A stretch of 64,000 nucleotides of DNA from NCBI RefSeq assembly GCF_006345805.1, contig NC_043000.1, positions 100,068,001 through 100,132,000 of the forward strand, written 5' to 3'. The DNA comes from Octopus sinensis. Its lineage: Eukaryota. Made by a program: the position numbers and the translations under genes. Positions within the stretch are counted from its first letter, which is position 1, and every line of letters starts with the position of its first letter. The notes beneath the pieces are model-generated. The model worked only from the letters and a program-made list of their open reading frames with translations, was not told the DNA's origin and did no database searches. Shown here piece by piece: positions 24,789 through 39,057 of this stretch.

Positions 24789-24830
24789 TTCCGGACCTAC
24801 TAATGAACTCATTTGCATACAGCCAATCAG
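24789..24830. promoter_or_regulatory. ETS-like + octamer + CCAAT motif cluster
   Basis: TTCCGG (24789), CTCATTTGCATAC (24808-24820) and AGCCAATCAG (24821-24830) are adjacent; function is untested. Confidence 0.3.
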
Positions 24831-25287
24831 AGCTCACCTTGAAAAAACACATGCTATGTATTGCTACTGTACAGCCAGTCAGGCATAGCATGGTGTATGC
24901 CACTCTGTGTATACAGCATAGCAAGTCACACATAAGCACTACATCCCCACTCCATCATCCTCATAGATCAATTGAGCACCATCTCTATATGGAGCTAACA
25001 TTAGGTACCTATGCTCAGACAGATTAGTGATACTGCATGTACCCATTGATATATGTAAGAGGAGGGCAATACGACACAACGCCATATTGATTACAATGTT
25101 TCCAGATCAACACCAACATTTTAGATTAGAATTGTACAAAACCAGTAAAAAAAATTAGGAAGCTACACTCCTTTACATTTTCTAGTAAATTACACAAATT
25201 GGCAACACTTATGGCACCATCGGTGAGCAGCTTTCCATTCGCTTTGTACACTAAATTTCATATTTGTCACACCTGTTAACCGGTTTG

Positions 25288-25570
25288 TGGAAGCACATGG
25301 CCTAGTGGTTAGAGCAGCGGACTCGCGGTCGAGGGATCGCGGGTTCGAATCTCAGACCGGGCGATGTGTGTGTTTATGAGCGAAACACCTAAGCTCCACG
25401 CGACTCCGGCAGAAGGTAATGGTGAACTTCCGCTGACTCTTTCGCCACAATTTTCTCTCACTCTTTCCTCCTGCATCTTGCATCTCACCTGCGACGGACC
25501 GGCGTCCCGTCCAGGTGGGGAACCTATACGCCAAGGAAACCGGGAAACCGGCCCTTATGAGCCAGGCATA
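25288..25570 (+). mobile_element. tRNA(Arg)-like SINE (family C head, different 3' body)
   Basis: ggaagcacatggcctagtggttagagcagcggactcgcggtcgagggatcgcgggttcgaatctc...ctgcgacggaccggcgtcccgtccagg...gaaaccgggaaaccggccc. Confidence 0.85.
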
Positions 25571-26418
25571 AGGTGTCCACTGGATCAGTGCATTTGGTTC
25601 AAGCAGACCCCTTACTGAAGAGTAGATTTCTTCTGGCGTGCATGCTAATGCGTGTGTCCTCGTCGTTGACCTCAGTATGGGCTCTAGCGAAGTCTAGTGC
25701 TTTAGCAAGAGCTTCGTTGATATAGATGGCTCGAACTTCACAAAATCAAATTGGGTAAGCCTAGGTCTACCCCAGCTGCTGTTGGCCTTAAACCATGTAA
25801 TGACGTCGTTGGTACAGCACCATAGGGCGTGGCCAGAGGAGTTTTTAATGCCGTTACATCTCTTCCTGATGAGCTCACCTGTCCTAGCTCAGACTTCGCC
25901 GGGTTTATCAGCCTGCATTTAGGATTAGAGGCAAAAATTAGGCTTATGATCCTTGATCGCTATGAGTCTCTACCGTGTCTTGTATAGCAAGTTTAAAAGC
26001 TATATCTCTGGCCTCTTGGTTAATACTATCATATGTGCGGGGGATGGCCCTCCTGTACGTTTGTGTGATGCTGTTGTTAAGAACCTGTGTGTGTATGTGT
26101 GTGTGTGTGTCTATGTGTGTGTCTATGTGTGTGTGTATGTGTGTGTGTGCATGTGTGTGTGTATGTGTGTGTGTGTGTGTATGTGTGTGTCGCTACTTAA
26201 TCTTAATAAATTTTTTGTTTTGTCGGACAAGAGAATGATCATATCAGAAGATATAAGCTTGTGGGTGTCTAAGTTTATTTTGAGAAGGTTTTGAGGACTT
26301 ACGGAATATCAGGCGGGGTATTATATTCAACAGGTCGTTTGCAAAGGCTTCCAGTTTCCTGATCTTGGGTGGGAACTTCCTGGATTTAAAGCCATACAAA
26401 CATACATACATACATACA

Positions 26419-26450
<32 letters not shown>

Positions 26451-26592
26451 CATATTATATATATGTATATGATCCAATGATCAAGGTGTAGGAAGAAAGT
26501 TAGCTTCAAACAATCCGTAGGAAATATAAAAAGAAACTTTCAGGAACAGTAGTGATTTATTGTGGATTTTACACACACACACACACACACAC

Positions 26593-26680
<88 letters not shown>

Positions 26681-26690
26681 CACGGTAGGC

Positions 26691-26943
26691 AACCAGGGTT
26701 GCAGGGTATGCGAATAAGAATACAAAAATTAAGGAATGGAGTAGATAAGATCCGGGTTACATATGTTTCATAACGAGCGGAACCTGGGAAGTGGTAAAGA
26801 GGTGTATACTGTAGGCAACTATTCAGGCCAAGCCTGCGGTATACACTTCTCTTGGATGTTTACCACTTCCCAGGTTCTGCTCGCTATGTATGTAGCCCGG
26901 ATCTTACCTAATCCATTCCTTAACTCTTACCAACAACCTGGTT
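26691..26943. mobile_element. Fold-back MITE (imperfect ~90-bp arms 26729-26816 / 26832-26923; outer aaccagg..cctggtt)
   Basis: The blocks ttaaggaatgga..taagatccggg..tacata..cgagc.gaacctgggaagtggtaaa..gtgtatac.g.aggc are mirrored. Confidence 0.8.
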
Positions 26944-27143
26944 CCGAGTTCAGACCCACTGCGTGACACCTTGGGCAGATGTCTTCTACTATAGCCTCAG
27001 GCCGCCCAAAGCTTTGTGAATGGATTTGGTAGACGGGAAACTGAAAGAATCCCGTCGTATATATGTGTGTCTGTGTGTGTCTGTGTGTGTCTGTTTACCT
27101 GTGTCTGTGTTTGTTCTCCCACCATCGCTTGACAACTGATATT
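26944..27143 (+). mobile_element. SINE family A, truncated at both ends
   Basis: gagttcagacccactgcgtgacaccttgggcagatgtcttctactatagcc...gaaactgaaagaatcccgtcg. Confidence 0.85.
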
Positions 27144-27471
27144 CGGTTTCCGTTGGTGGTTTGGGTTGGTTAAAGTAAAACGCCTTTCATCTCACCTGCC
27201 TGATCAAATCGATAATTTTCTCTAGCAGTAGTGTTGTGGAGAGTTCGTTTGGTGGTGTTGAATATCCCAGGTAGTAATATTCCAAATCCATTTGGTGAGC
27301 GTATTTATATAAGTAGATTGTTACCTAACACTCCATTGTATTTTTTTGCGCGAAACCGATTAGTAAAACCAGCCGAATGGATACTTAATACTATAAAATT
27401 CGGATAATATACCCACTCGACTTACACTTGTAGGAGTACATCTTCTCTCTGACTTCTGGTCTCTTAGACAA

Positions 27472-27505
<34 letters not shown>

Positions 27506-27508
<3 letters not shown>

Positions 27509-27868
27509 TTTTACTTGCTTCAGTCTTTTGACTGTGGCAATGCTGGAGCACCACCTTTAATCGAATCACTCGACACCAGGACTTATTCTTATTATCGGCC
27601 TCTTTTTACCGAACTGCTAATTTATGGGGAGGTAAACACACCAGCATCGGTTGTCAAGCGACGGTGGGGGACAAACGCAAACACACAAATACACACGCAC
27701 AAACACATTTACACGACAGACTTCTTTCAGTTTCTGTCTACCAAATCCACTCACAAGGCTTTAGGCAACCCGAGGGTATAGTAGAAGAAACTTGACCAAG
27801 GTGCCACACAGTGGAACTAAATCCAGAACCCTGTGTTTGTGAAGCAAACTTCTTACCACACAGTCACT
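27506..27868 (-). mobile_element. SINE family A, near full length
   Basis: Matches 522-925 throughout. Confidence 0.85.
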
Positions 27869-27965
27869 CTTGTGTCTAAATATATATATATATATATATA
27901 ATATATATATATAATATATTATATATATATATATACATATGAAGGTATGTTGGTGTGCCTATATA

Positions 27966-28790
27966 TCAGGTCATCCCATAAGTTCTGTCCGAATTTTGAA
28001 TAAAGAAAACAGGTGATCAAATGTTACATTTAATTGAAATATAATCATCAATGTACTTTCTCTGATTATCTATGACTTCCTTCCATCTATTTACAAGCCT
28101 TTTAGTCCCATCAATGTAAAATTCTTTTGGTTTCAAAGCGAAGAACTCTGAAATGTCAGTTTCGACCTCTTCCTGGCTTGTGAAAGTTATGTCCCCCAAA
28201 TGATTCTGTAAACTACGATACAAATAGTAGTCTGAAGAAGCAAGGTCGAGAGAATAAGGTGGATGAGGAATTTTTTCCCAACCAAGCTCTTCGATCTTCT
28301 GTGATGTGATCTTTGAAGTGTGGGATCGCACATTGTCCTGATGAAACATCACGCCTTTCCGATTCACTAAAGCGGTTCTTTTGTTTTCTTCAAAGCTTAG
28401 TTCAAACGCTCTAATTGCTGACACTAGACTTGAGCGTTGATTGTTGCTTTAGGTGGTAACAATTCAAAGTGACTTGCTCCTTTGCAATCCCACCAGATAG
28501 AGAGAAGAACCATTTTTCGTCACCAGATACAAGTCTATCCATAAAGGGTGAAATGAGTTCGCGAGAATGGAGAGAAGAGCAGATTTCAACTCGGGATTTG
28601 TGATTGCTTTCGGACAATTAATGAGTCACCCATTTTCCAAGTTTAGGTACCTTTCTAAGTTGTTGAAGATGACGATGAACAGTTGTATGGTTTGAACTAA
28701 GCTTTATTGCCAATTCTTCAACTGATAACGCAGGATATTCCCCAAGTAATGCCTCAATGAGCTTATCATCAAACTAAGCTGGATGTTTTA
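27966..28790 (-). mobile_element. Mariner (D,D34D) element, 5'-truncated, internally deleted transposase pseudogene
   Basis: TA|TCAGGTCATCCCATAAG TIR. HTH region (ALSVEELAIKLSSNHTTVHRHLQQL), KLGKWVTH*, SGDEKW, FHQDN-x34-D (PHPPYSLDLASSDY), C-terminus RWKEVIDNQRKYIDD. Confidence 0.95.
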
Positions 28791-29218
28791 CAACTTTTTC
28801 AACCTTTTCACGCTTCGTTCTTTCTACCCCCCCTCTCACATTCCTTTGCCTTTCTTAGTCACTTTCACTTCACTATGTCCCTGTCTTTCTGTTTTTTTCT
28901 TGCCACTCCTTAATTCTTCTGTCTATCTGCTACAACTCTCTCGCTCTCTCTCTCTCTCTCTCTTCTCCTCCCCCTCCTTAATTCTTTTCTTCTTCTTTTT
29001 CTCTCTCTTCTCTTCTCACGTGACCGAGTGGCCAGACTGCTAGTCCTTTTTGCATCTGACTGCGGTCACTGCTACATCGATATTCTTCCCTGTGTTCGTG
29101 AAAGTTTTGTATCTCTGCCGTAAGGCTTCATTTCCACACACGCCAGCTGAATTCAATTCGTCCCCAGTCGAAAGACACCTGTTTTTATGTCTTGTTATTA
29201 TTATTATTATTATTATTG

Positions 29219-29770
29219 AGTGATAGAGCAGTTCATACCATCAAAGTGACACTGGGGTAAAATATACGAAGCCCAATATACCCATCATGACTACCCGTCT
29301 GATAAAGGTACACCAGGCACATGCATCACAACCATATGTGCGCGACATGGTGATCTCATATCAAGATAAACAGCACATGACCTTGCAGGTGGGGCCCAGT
29401 TAGAATTTTCTTCAGGTTGAGTAGCCCATCCTGCTCAAACGGTCCCTGAATAAGGGTTGCTTTAGGATGTTGAACGAAACACCTATGTTTCCAGAGGTGA
29501 ACCATTCAAACTCCAAAGAATCCCTCTCAAACATGGGCATGATGCTCCCCCACTACTTCTGCTCGTGATCAGAGATGCACATATCGTCAGCCACTAAGGG
29601 ACATGCTCAACTGGTTAAGGTCAAACAACTGACAAGCAAATCTGTGGTATTGAGCAGAATATTTGCTGTAGCCCATCTTTTATACCAAGACAAAACAATG
29701 TACATGATAACACTTCCAATCAGTTAAGATCAGAAGCCATGAGAGCCACTGCCTGGTACTGCATCAGGGC
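29219..29770 (-). mobile_element. ~550-bp non-coding interspersed repeat (family E), flanked on both sides by (TTA)n
   Basis: Reverse complement of 60829-61379 along its full length; strand is given relative to that copy. Confidence 0.85.
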
Positions 29771-29811
<41 letters not shown>

Positions 29812-30388
29812 TATTATTATTATTGTATTTTTGTATTTATATTCGTGTAACATCGTCTGTTTTTCCGTCCTTGTTTTCGTATACATTCGATACTTTTTTT
29901 TCCAAGGAATCTAATGCTCTTAGCTTAGTTTTTCCTTGGGGCTGGCCAGATTGGATCAATCTCAAGATTAATCAGCCGAAACTCTGAGGATGATCCGGTT
30001 CTTGACTGAGGATAAAAGGCTTCGAATGACCCGTCCTTGTTTTTTTGTATCGTCTGTCTGGATGTTTTGTTGTCCCTTTTTGTATCACCTAATTGTCCGG
30101 ATGTTTTGCGTTCTTGTCCCATTTTGTATTATATATATAAGCGGCGTACGTACACTTTGTTCTCTTATATATATATAAATATAAATATACATATAAATGT
30201 AAAAATATATATATATACAAATTGAGATAGAGGTTGTAAATGCAACCCTCCATGGGATAACATATATCCAATATACTGCTAGTGAAGTACCCAACAAAGT
30301 TAATACATAAATGTTAAGAATTGCGATGCAATTAATTCATTTACTGTATTATATGGGCAAAGGTAAAATGTTTTGCCACAAATTCATA

Positions 30389-30700
30389 ATACAAAATAAG
30401 AAAATGGAGAAATACATCCAAATCAAATATCAACTACCAGATAATACCCAATCACATACTTTATTAAACCACTACATAAGAAACTTTAAGGTCAAACATA
30501 ATAATATAGAACAAAACAGTGTACATAAAAGAGTGTACAAAAAGGAGTAATATGATACAATAAGTACAGTATGTATAAGAGAATATAAATATAAATAAAT
30601 GACCTTAAAGTTTCTTATGTAGTGGTTTAATAAAGTATGTGATTGGGTATTATCTGGTAGTTGATATTTGATTTGGATGTATTTCTCCATTTTCTTATTT

Positions 30701-30705
<5 letters not shown>
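30389..30705. repeat. Perfect inverted duplication: 106-bp arms 30389-30494 / 30600-30705, 105-bp spacer
   Basis: Arms are exact reverse complements, so both strands give the same peptide IQNKKMEKYIQIKYQLPDNTQSHTLLNHYIRNFKV. Confidence 0.95.
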
Positions 30706-30747
<42 letters not shown>

Positions 30748-31404
30748 CATAAGGGACTAAAGCCATCTATATCTCCCTTATGTTATCGAGCAGTTACTGT
30801 CTATATCTCTTTTAGAGAATTATTATTGCTTATATATATATATATTATATATATATATATTATATATATATATATTATATATATATATATATACAGCGGT
30901 ATTTTCGTGCAACAAGGGAAACAGAACTCAAAATATGAGTATATGTATAGTTTTATTAATAGTCAGCAGAATAGCAGAAGCAACAGAGTGACTCAAGGTC
31001 CCAGAGGTTCGCGCGTTATATATATGCATAGGCGGATGCTCGCGTGTGTGTGTGCGAATGTCTGTGTGTGTTCACTACAGCGTCAAAACGCAGCTGCCTG
31101 TTATGTTTATACCTGTAATGTTTATGATAAACGTAAACTCCAGTGCTGAGAGTCCCTTAATTCTAATGGTTATGAACACTACGTCTCGGTGGACAGTTAC
31201 AGACCAGTATACAGTTCTTGAAGAATTCTCAGTCATGACAGAAACCATTCAGATTGAAGCCTCCCTTTCATTCTACGAAGAAAATGAATGATACCGGTAG
31301 TCATTTACCGTTGTATCGGGTATTTAATTTAGTTAATTTAAGCATGTAGTATCAGCTCCTAAAAACCAAACAAATGAAACTTTATGCCACGCGCACGCAC
31401 ACAC

Positions 31405-31448
<44 letters not shown>

Positions 31449-31592
31449 TGTATATGTGTGAGTGTGTATGTGTTGCATGTGTGTGTGCATGTGTGCGTGC
31501 ACAAATTTATATGCATATATGTATATATAGGCATGTATGCGAACATATATTTTTATGTACGCATATGTATATACTTATATATGTATGTCCTG

Positions 31593-33373
<1,781 letters not shown>

Positions 33374-33921
33374 GCGAGTGCGCGTGCTTTCAGCTAATGC
33401 TACACCTTCCGAAAGGTATAGGCGGGCACACACTAGCGCGCGCGTACACACACACACGCACTTAAATATGTGTGCGTGTCTGTGAGACTTTTTGTGTTTA
33501 CGCGCACATGCACTCAAAGCTAAATATATGCGTTCACAGCGAGTACAAAGCGAACACACTTATGCACAAGCACACACACGTTCACCCACCCCCGCACAGT
33601 CAAACACTCATTTTCATACAGTCGATTGCATATCCCGTGTGTGATATTTTATCTGTATCTATATATGTTTTACTACACACACACTCACACACACACACAC
33701 ACAAACACACACATACGCACACACACACACACACTGATACACAGGTATTAATAAATACATATTCATACAAACATATGTAGTCATATTAACATACGCTTAC
33801 ATGCATAAACACACGCATATACATCCTCATATTTATACAAACGCATACCTACACATAAACACTTAAAACAAACTCACACATATACACGCAAACATATATA
33901 TCATTCCTTCTCTGTGGTGTA

Positions 33922-33977
<56 letters not shown>

Positions 33978-34039
33978 CATACATATATGTATATATAGAG
34001 ATGGATAGATAGATAGTAGATAGATAGATAGATAGATAG

Positions 34040-34111
<72 letters not shown>

Positions 34112-34141
34112 CGGAGAGAGAGAGAGAATGTTAGTTATATC

Positions 34142-34261
34142 CGGTTTATAGGGTTAGCCAGGATTTCGTGTTCATAAAGCGCTTAGCTCTACAAACGTCT
34201 CTTTACGTGTGTAAAGCTAAGAGCTTTATGGACGCGAAAATCTGCGTGACCCTATGAACCG
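34142..34261. repeat. Imperfect 120-nt hairpin (57-bp arms, 6-nt loop)
   Basis: cggtttatagggtta..tcgtgttcataaagcgcttagctctacaaacgt-ctcttt-acgtgtgtaaagctaagagctttatggacgcga..tgaccctatgaaccg. Confidence 0.9.
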
Positions 34262-34353
34262 TCCATAACTTACATCCTCTAAATATTCTACTGCTCTACA
34301 ACCTAGTGTGCTTCTCTTTTGGCTTTATGATTTACTGACGATATATCTATATC

Positions 34354-34398
<45 letters not shown>

Positions 34399-34672
34399 GA
34401 GAGAGAGAGAGAGAGAGAGGGACTCATATACTACGGCTATACGTGCATTTCTACATATATGTAGATACGAATACAAAGACGCACATTAAATGTCACATAG
34501 AAATTATTTTCTCTTGAATATCATATATTAAAACATGTGAGACCAGTTACTCGACAACCAACATTTGTGAAACTCTAAATTTTATATATATATATGAAGG
34601 GTTTAGTTCACTGGTGATCTAAACGAATAAGCTGAGTAAGTGATATAATTGGTCATCCGTTCACTTCCAAGT

Positions 34673-34778
34673 TCACTCACCAAGAAGCCGATACCACACA
34701 CGGACCTAGGTTTCAAGATAATAGGCAACACACCTTGAAACCTAGGTCCGTGTGTGGTATCGGCTTCTTGGTGAGTGA
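34673..34778. repeat. Perfect inverted repeat: 45-bp arms 34673-34717 / 34734-34778, 16-nt loop
   Basis: tcactcaccaagaagccgataccacacacggacctaggtttcaag and its exact reverse complement. Confidence 0.95.
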
Positions 34779-34942
34779 TCTCCCTTTGCAAGACAAAGGA
34801 CACCGTGATGGCGTCAGGCCTATCTGGTGACGTTGATGTTCGCCTGGGGCTAAATGCAACAGTGACACCCCCACCACCCTGCCCTGTCCCTAGCCATATT
34901 CGGTTGGCTAATATCCCTTATATTATATATATTAATATATAT

Positions 34943-35257
34943 ATCAACAATCAAGGAACGGCCATAATAGGCCATTCACCCACTAGAAATAACAAATAAA
35001 AGTCAACTCCGTAAACCAGGAGAAAATTTAAAAAACATTTACCCTGTAATTTCTTATACGATGCACCGTTTCATCTGCTGTTTAATGGTAAACTAACCTG
35101 ATTAAATTAAATCAAGCCAATCTTCCATAGGCCCTCAGATTCTTCAGTAAGAAATAGCCCAACCCTTTGTATTCGTATCTACATATTTGCGGTTGAAGCT
35201 TTGGCTGTTATTTCTAGTGGGTGAATGGCCTATTATGGCCGTTCCTTGATTGTTGAT
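34943..35257. repeat. Perfect inverted repeat: 52-bp arms 34943-34994 / 35206-35257, 211-bp spacer
   Basis: atcaacaatcaaggaacggccataataggccattcacccactagaaataaca and its exact reverse complement. Confidence 0.95.
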
Positions 35258-35374
35258 GTTGAACTTAAAAATGGTCTATGACTATTTAATTTTTTCCCAC
35301 TAGGCCGCTGGTGGCAAAAAAATTCTACAAAATTTTTTTTTGCCACCCTATATTGATTAATCATATATATATAT

Positions 35375-35417
<43 letters not shown>

Positions 35418-36519
35418 TATATATGCATACATTTGTGTTTGTGTTTGTGGGGTGTGTGTGTGCTTGTGTGTGTATTTATGCGTTTTTCTGTTCGGGCGTG
35501 GAGCATATGTACGTGCACATGTCTAGCAATGTTATTAATGGAGAGAATTGTATTTTTTTCTCTTTCACTTCTGTTATTTATTGTACGCCTGACCACTGAG
35601 CCAGCTTTGTAGACAAATTTTATAAATATGCGTGCGCACACACATCACACTCACACACACACTCGCACACACATACACACATACACACACACACGCACAC
35701 ACATACACACATACACACACACACGCACACACATACACACATACACACACACAACACACGCTCTAACCCGTATTAGTTTAGGTGTCTGCGCAAGCGGTTT
35801 TGCGTCTATGCGAGGATGAAAAGACTTGTATGTGCAAGTATAATGAGAATTAATATAAATATATAATATACACATATAATATACATATATAATATATACA
35901 TATATGTGTGTATGTGTCTGTGTGTGTCTGTATACATACGTGTGTGTTAATGTGTATGCGTACGCTCAGATCGGAGCAAGTGTGTTGTAAAGATAAATTG
36001 AGGTATGGGTGGCGAAGCAAAGCTACAGTGCGATCAGTAACAAACTTGTTTGAAGATTAAAAGATTCTGAGATAAAAAGGAAAACAGAATAATTTCGAAA
36101 AGAAAACTTTGTTTTTTTTTTTAAAAAAAACGAAATTCTTCGACTAACGAAACGAAAGTTAATTTGGCTAAGAGCATTATATATGCATGCTTATATATAT
36201 ATATACATGCGTATGCGTATGTATATTTATGTATGTATGTATGTATGTATGTATGTACATATATATGAATATGTATGTATATATATGTATGAATACACAC
36301 ATATATATATATGTATATATATATACTATTTGTGTATATGTATATATGCAGATGTATGCATCCAAACACACACACATACACACACAAACACACACACACG
36401 AATACACAGAAACACACACGTGCTAGCGCACACAATTCGTGTGGTGGCAAATCTTTTATGATTTATAAAGGACCAGAATCTCGTTAAATATCAAAATAAA
36501 AATGTGTTTATAAATCTTA

Positions 36520-36551
36520 GTAGTATTATTATTATTATTAGTAGTAGTAGT

Positions 36552-36627
<76 letters not shown>
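36520..36627. repeat. Compound triplet microsatellite (TAT)n(AGT)n(AGC)n(AGT)n
   Basis: Seen directly. Confidence 0.95.
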
Positions 36628-37144
36628 TAATTATGCAATAAGTTGCTAATAAGGAAATGTGTGTGTGTGTGTGTGTTGTGTAACGAAGAGAACAAATCTT
36701 GCAGAATCAGACACGGGACAGAAATTATTAAATGTAATGGAGGATGTCTGGTGAATTAGATAACAACTTGTTTGTTGATTGATTACCCAATTTCGATGGA
36801 ACTAACCAATAGTGGAGCCTCTTCATCATCGCTGTGCATGCTAAATATAGCAGCCAAATTACCCACACGCCGAATAACATGCGTCCGTCTCAAAGGAAAA
36901 CGAAAGTACATATTAATGTAGTCATAATGCCTTCTTCTTACCGTCAAACAGTCTTGTTAAAAACTGGTGCCAAATCTATATCAAATCGTACGCTTCCATC
37001 GTAAAGCGTAAAGGTCAATGTGGATCTGCTTAAGTGATTTTCAAAGTTTTACTTTTTTTTCTTTTTTTTCAGTGACGCACGCTCAACTCAGATGGAACGC
37101 TATCACCATTGTTTTAAAAGTTTCGAGTTTTAATACGAACATTC

Positions 37145-37234
<90 letters not shown>

Positions 37235-37250
37235 CATACCTCTCTCTCTA

Positions 37251-38352
37251 TGGAACGCATTCTCTTCCGCTTCTTGTGGAAAGGATGCGTTCTGATGGTC
37301 AGGCGATCCGTTTACTGCCAACACCCGTTAAAAGGAGGGCTGGGCATGCCGTGGTTGATGATGTGTAGACACGCGCTGAGACTGCGACATCTCCGGCTCT
37401 ACGTAGACGATAGTGAACAGGTGTGGTCACCATTTGTGAGGCGCGCTTTCCCGCAAGTCGACCATGACCGAACTGCAGTCGTGGATCAAAAAGAGGCCGA
37501 GGAAGGGCGAATGGAACCGCGAGTGCCGCGTTGCTCTCAAGCAACTCTGCCGTCCCGGGGTCGACCTTGAGCAACTGCAACACAACCAAATCATTCTATA
37601 GGGGATTAGTGGAGGGGAGGTACGACGACGATCTTGGGGCGAACCTGGGCGTCGTCGAGGAATACCTGACCTGCCTGTTCAAGACGACTTTCGGGCCGGG
37701 ACCTATGGACAACTTCTAGAGATCCCTGGCCTGGCAGTGCTATCGAGAAGCGCTACCTGTTCGGGATAAACTCTACAGGCATAGCTCGAGAAACACGGGG
37801 CCGACCTGCCCGAAATGCGGACAGAGCGACGAAACCGTTCTGCACGCACTCGTACAGTGTCTAAGCATTTCCGACCTGTGGTCCTATGTCGAACGACTGC
37901 TATCGCGCGTGGGATGAGTCAGTTTTATCAACCGAGTCTATCGGGAATATTGTCATGACTCCTTCGTTGAAACGGGAAGGAAGAGCCATTTTCATCTTAC
38001 TTGTGGCTATGGCAAAAGAATGTGTATGGTGGATGCGTCTGAAAGGTCTAAATACAACCACTTTCCTCTCTGGTGAATCTCTCATCTTTTCCGTAGGCTT
38101 TTCTATCCGCGGATAATTCTAATCTGTTTCCCCTTTTACATTATAACATTTCTGTAATACACGATCACTATTGATCGGCTTCCGTTTTTTTCTCCCACGA
38201 TCCCTTTTGATCGAAATTCTACCCCCATCATTTTTTTTCTTTCCTTCCCCAAAAGAAAATGTCTACTTTGTATTTTGTCCGCTCTGTGTTCAGCCCTGTG
38301 TGATCAATAAAGAAACACATTTAATAAAGAAACACATTTAATAAAGAAACAC

Positions 38353-38354
<2 letters not shown>
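37251..38354 (+). mobile_element. Second 5'-truncated copy of the L1/Tx1-clade LINE
   Basis: High identity to 31865-33155 (ERILFRFLWKG..., CPKC..HALVQC); deletion spanning the ORF end and start of the 3' UTR; (CTAT)n on both sides. Confidence 0.93.
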
Positions 38355-38408
<54 letters not shown>

Positions 38409-38482
38409 GTCTATCTGTCTGTCTGTCTATCTGTCTGTCTGTCTGTCCGTGTGTCTGTGTGCGTCTGTATACACACACACAT

Positions 38483-38529
<47 letters not shown>

Positions 38530-38694
38530 AGTATATATGTATATATATGTGTATGTATATGTATCTATGTATATGTATGTATATAATGAATATGTATATA
38601 TATATATGTATGTTTGTATGTATGTATATATATGTATGTATGTTTGCATATATATATGGTATTTATATGTATATATGTATGTATATATGTATGC

Positions 38695-38729
<35 letters not shown>

Positions 38730-39057
38730 AATATATATATACATACACATATATCTAATATAATTAATGTGAATGTCAGTGTGTCACACTTTTTCAACTT
38801 TACTTCTAGCGGCCGTAGCCCAACATATACCATTTTGGAATCAGGCCCATTCCGTAAATTAATTAAAAACACTCCGGGCCGAATCGGGACCCGCAATCCT
38901 GAAATTTTAGATTCCCCAATTTTCATTACGACTAAAAAAAGTAAATAAAAATTAAGGGGAGATAACTAATAAAGGAAGCAAAGGGAAGTAATTCAACTTA
39001 TTTAACTTATTTTGCCAAAATGAGGTTACACCACACCAAAATTAGTTTAGTTTAGAA

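Larger units (their letters stand above)
25574..27470 (-). mobile_element. Fragmented Penelope-like element (RT region) with nested insertions
   Basis: Collinear minus-strand pieces: LEKIIDLIRQVR*KAFYFNQPKPPTET (27144+), YGFKSRKFPPKIRKLEAF..SDKT (26218-26396), NSITQTYRR..INQEARDIAFKL..KDHKPNF..RLINPAKSELG..VITWFK..QFDFVKFEPSI..ALAKALDFARAH..HARRNLLF (25574-26085). Confidence 0.85.

Noticed and set aside
29960-30035. Two CTGAGGA motifs with nearby GAA in a repeat-like segment
   Set aside because: No consistent stem I/II/III geometry could be built on either strand.
35310-35347. 13-bp hairpin GGTGGCAAAAAAA/TTTTTTTGCCACC
   Set aside because: Mostly A/T-run pairing; could be a TE end but nothing supports a call.
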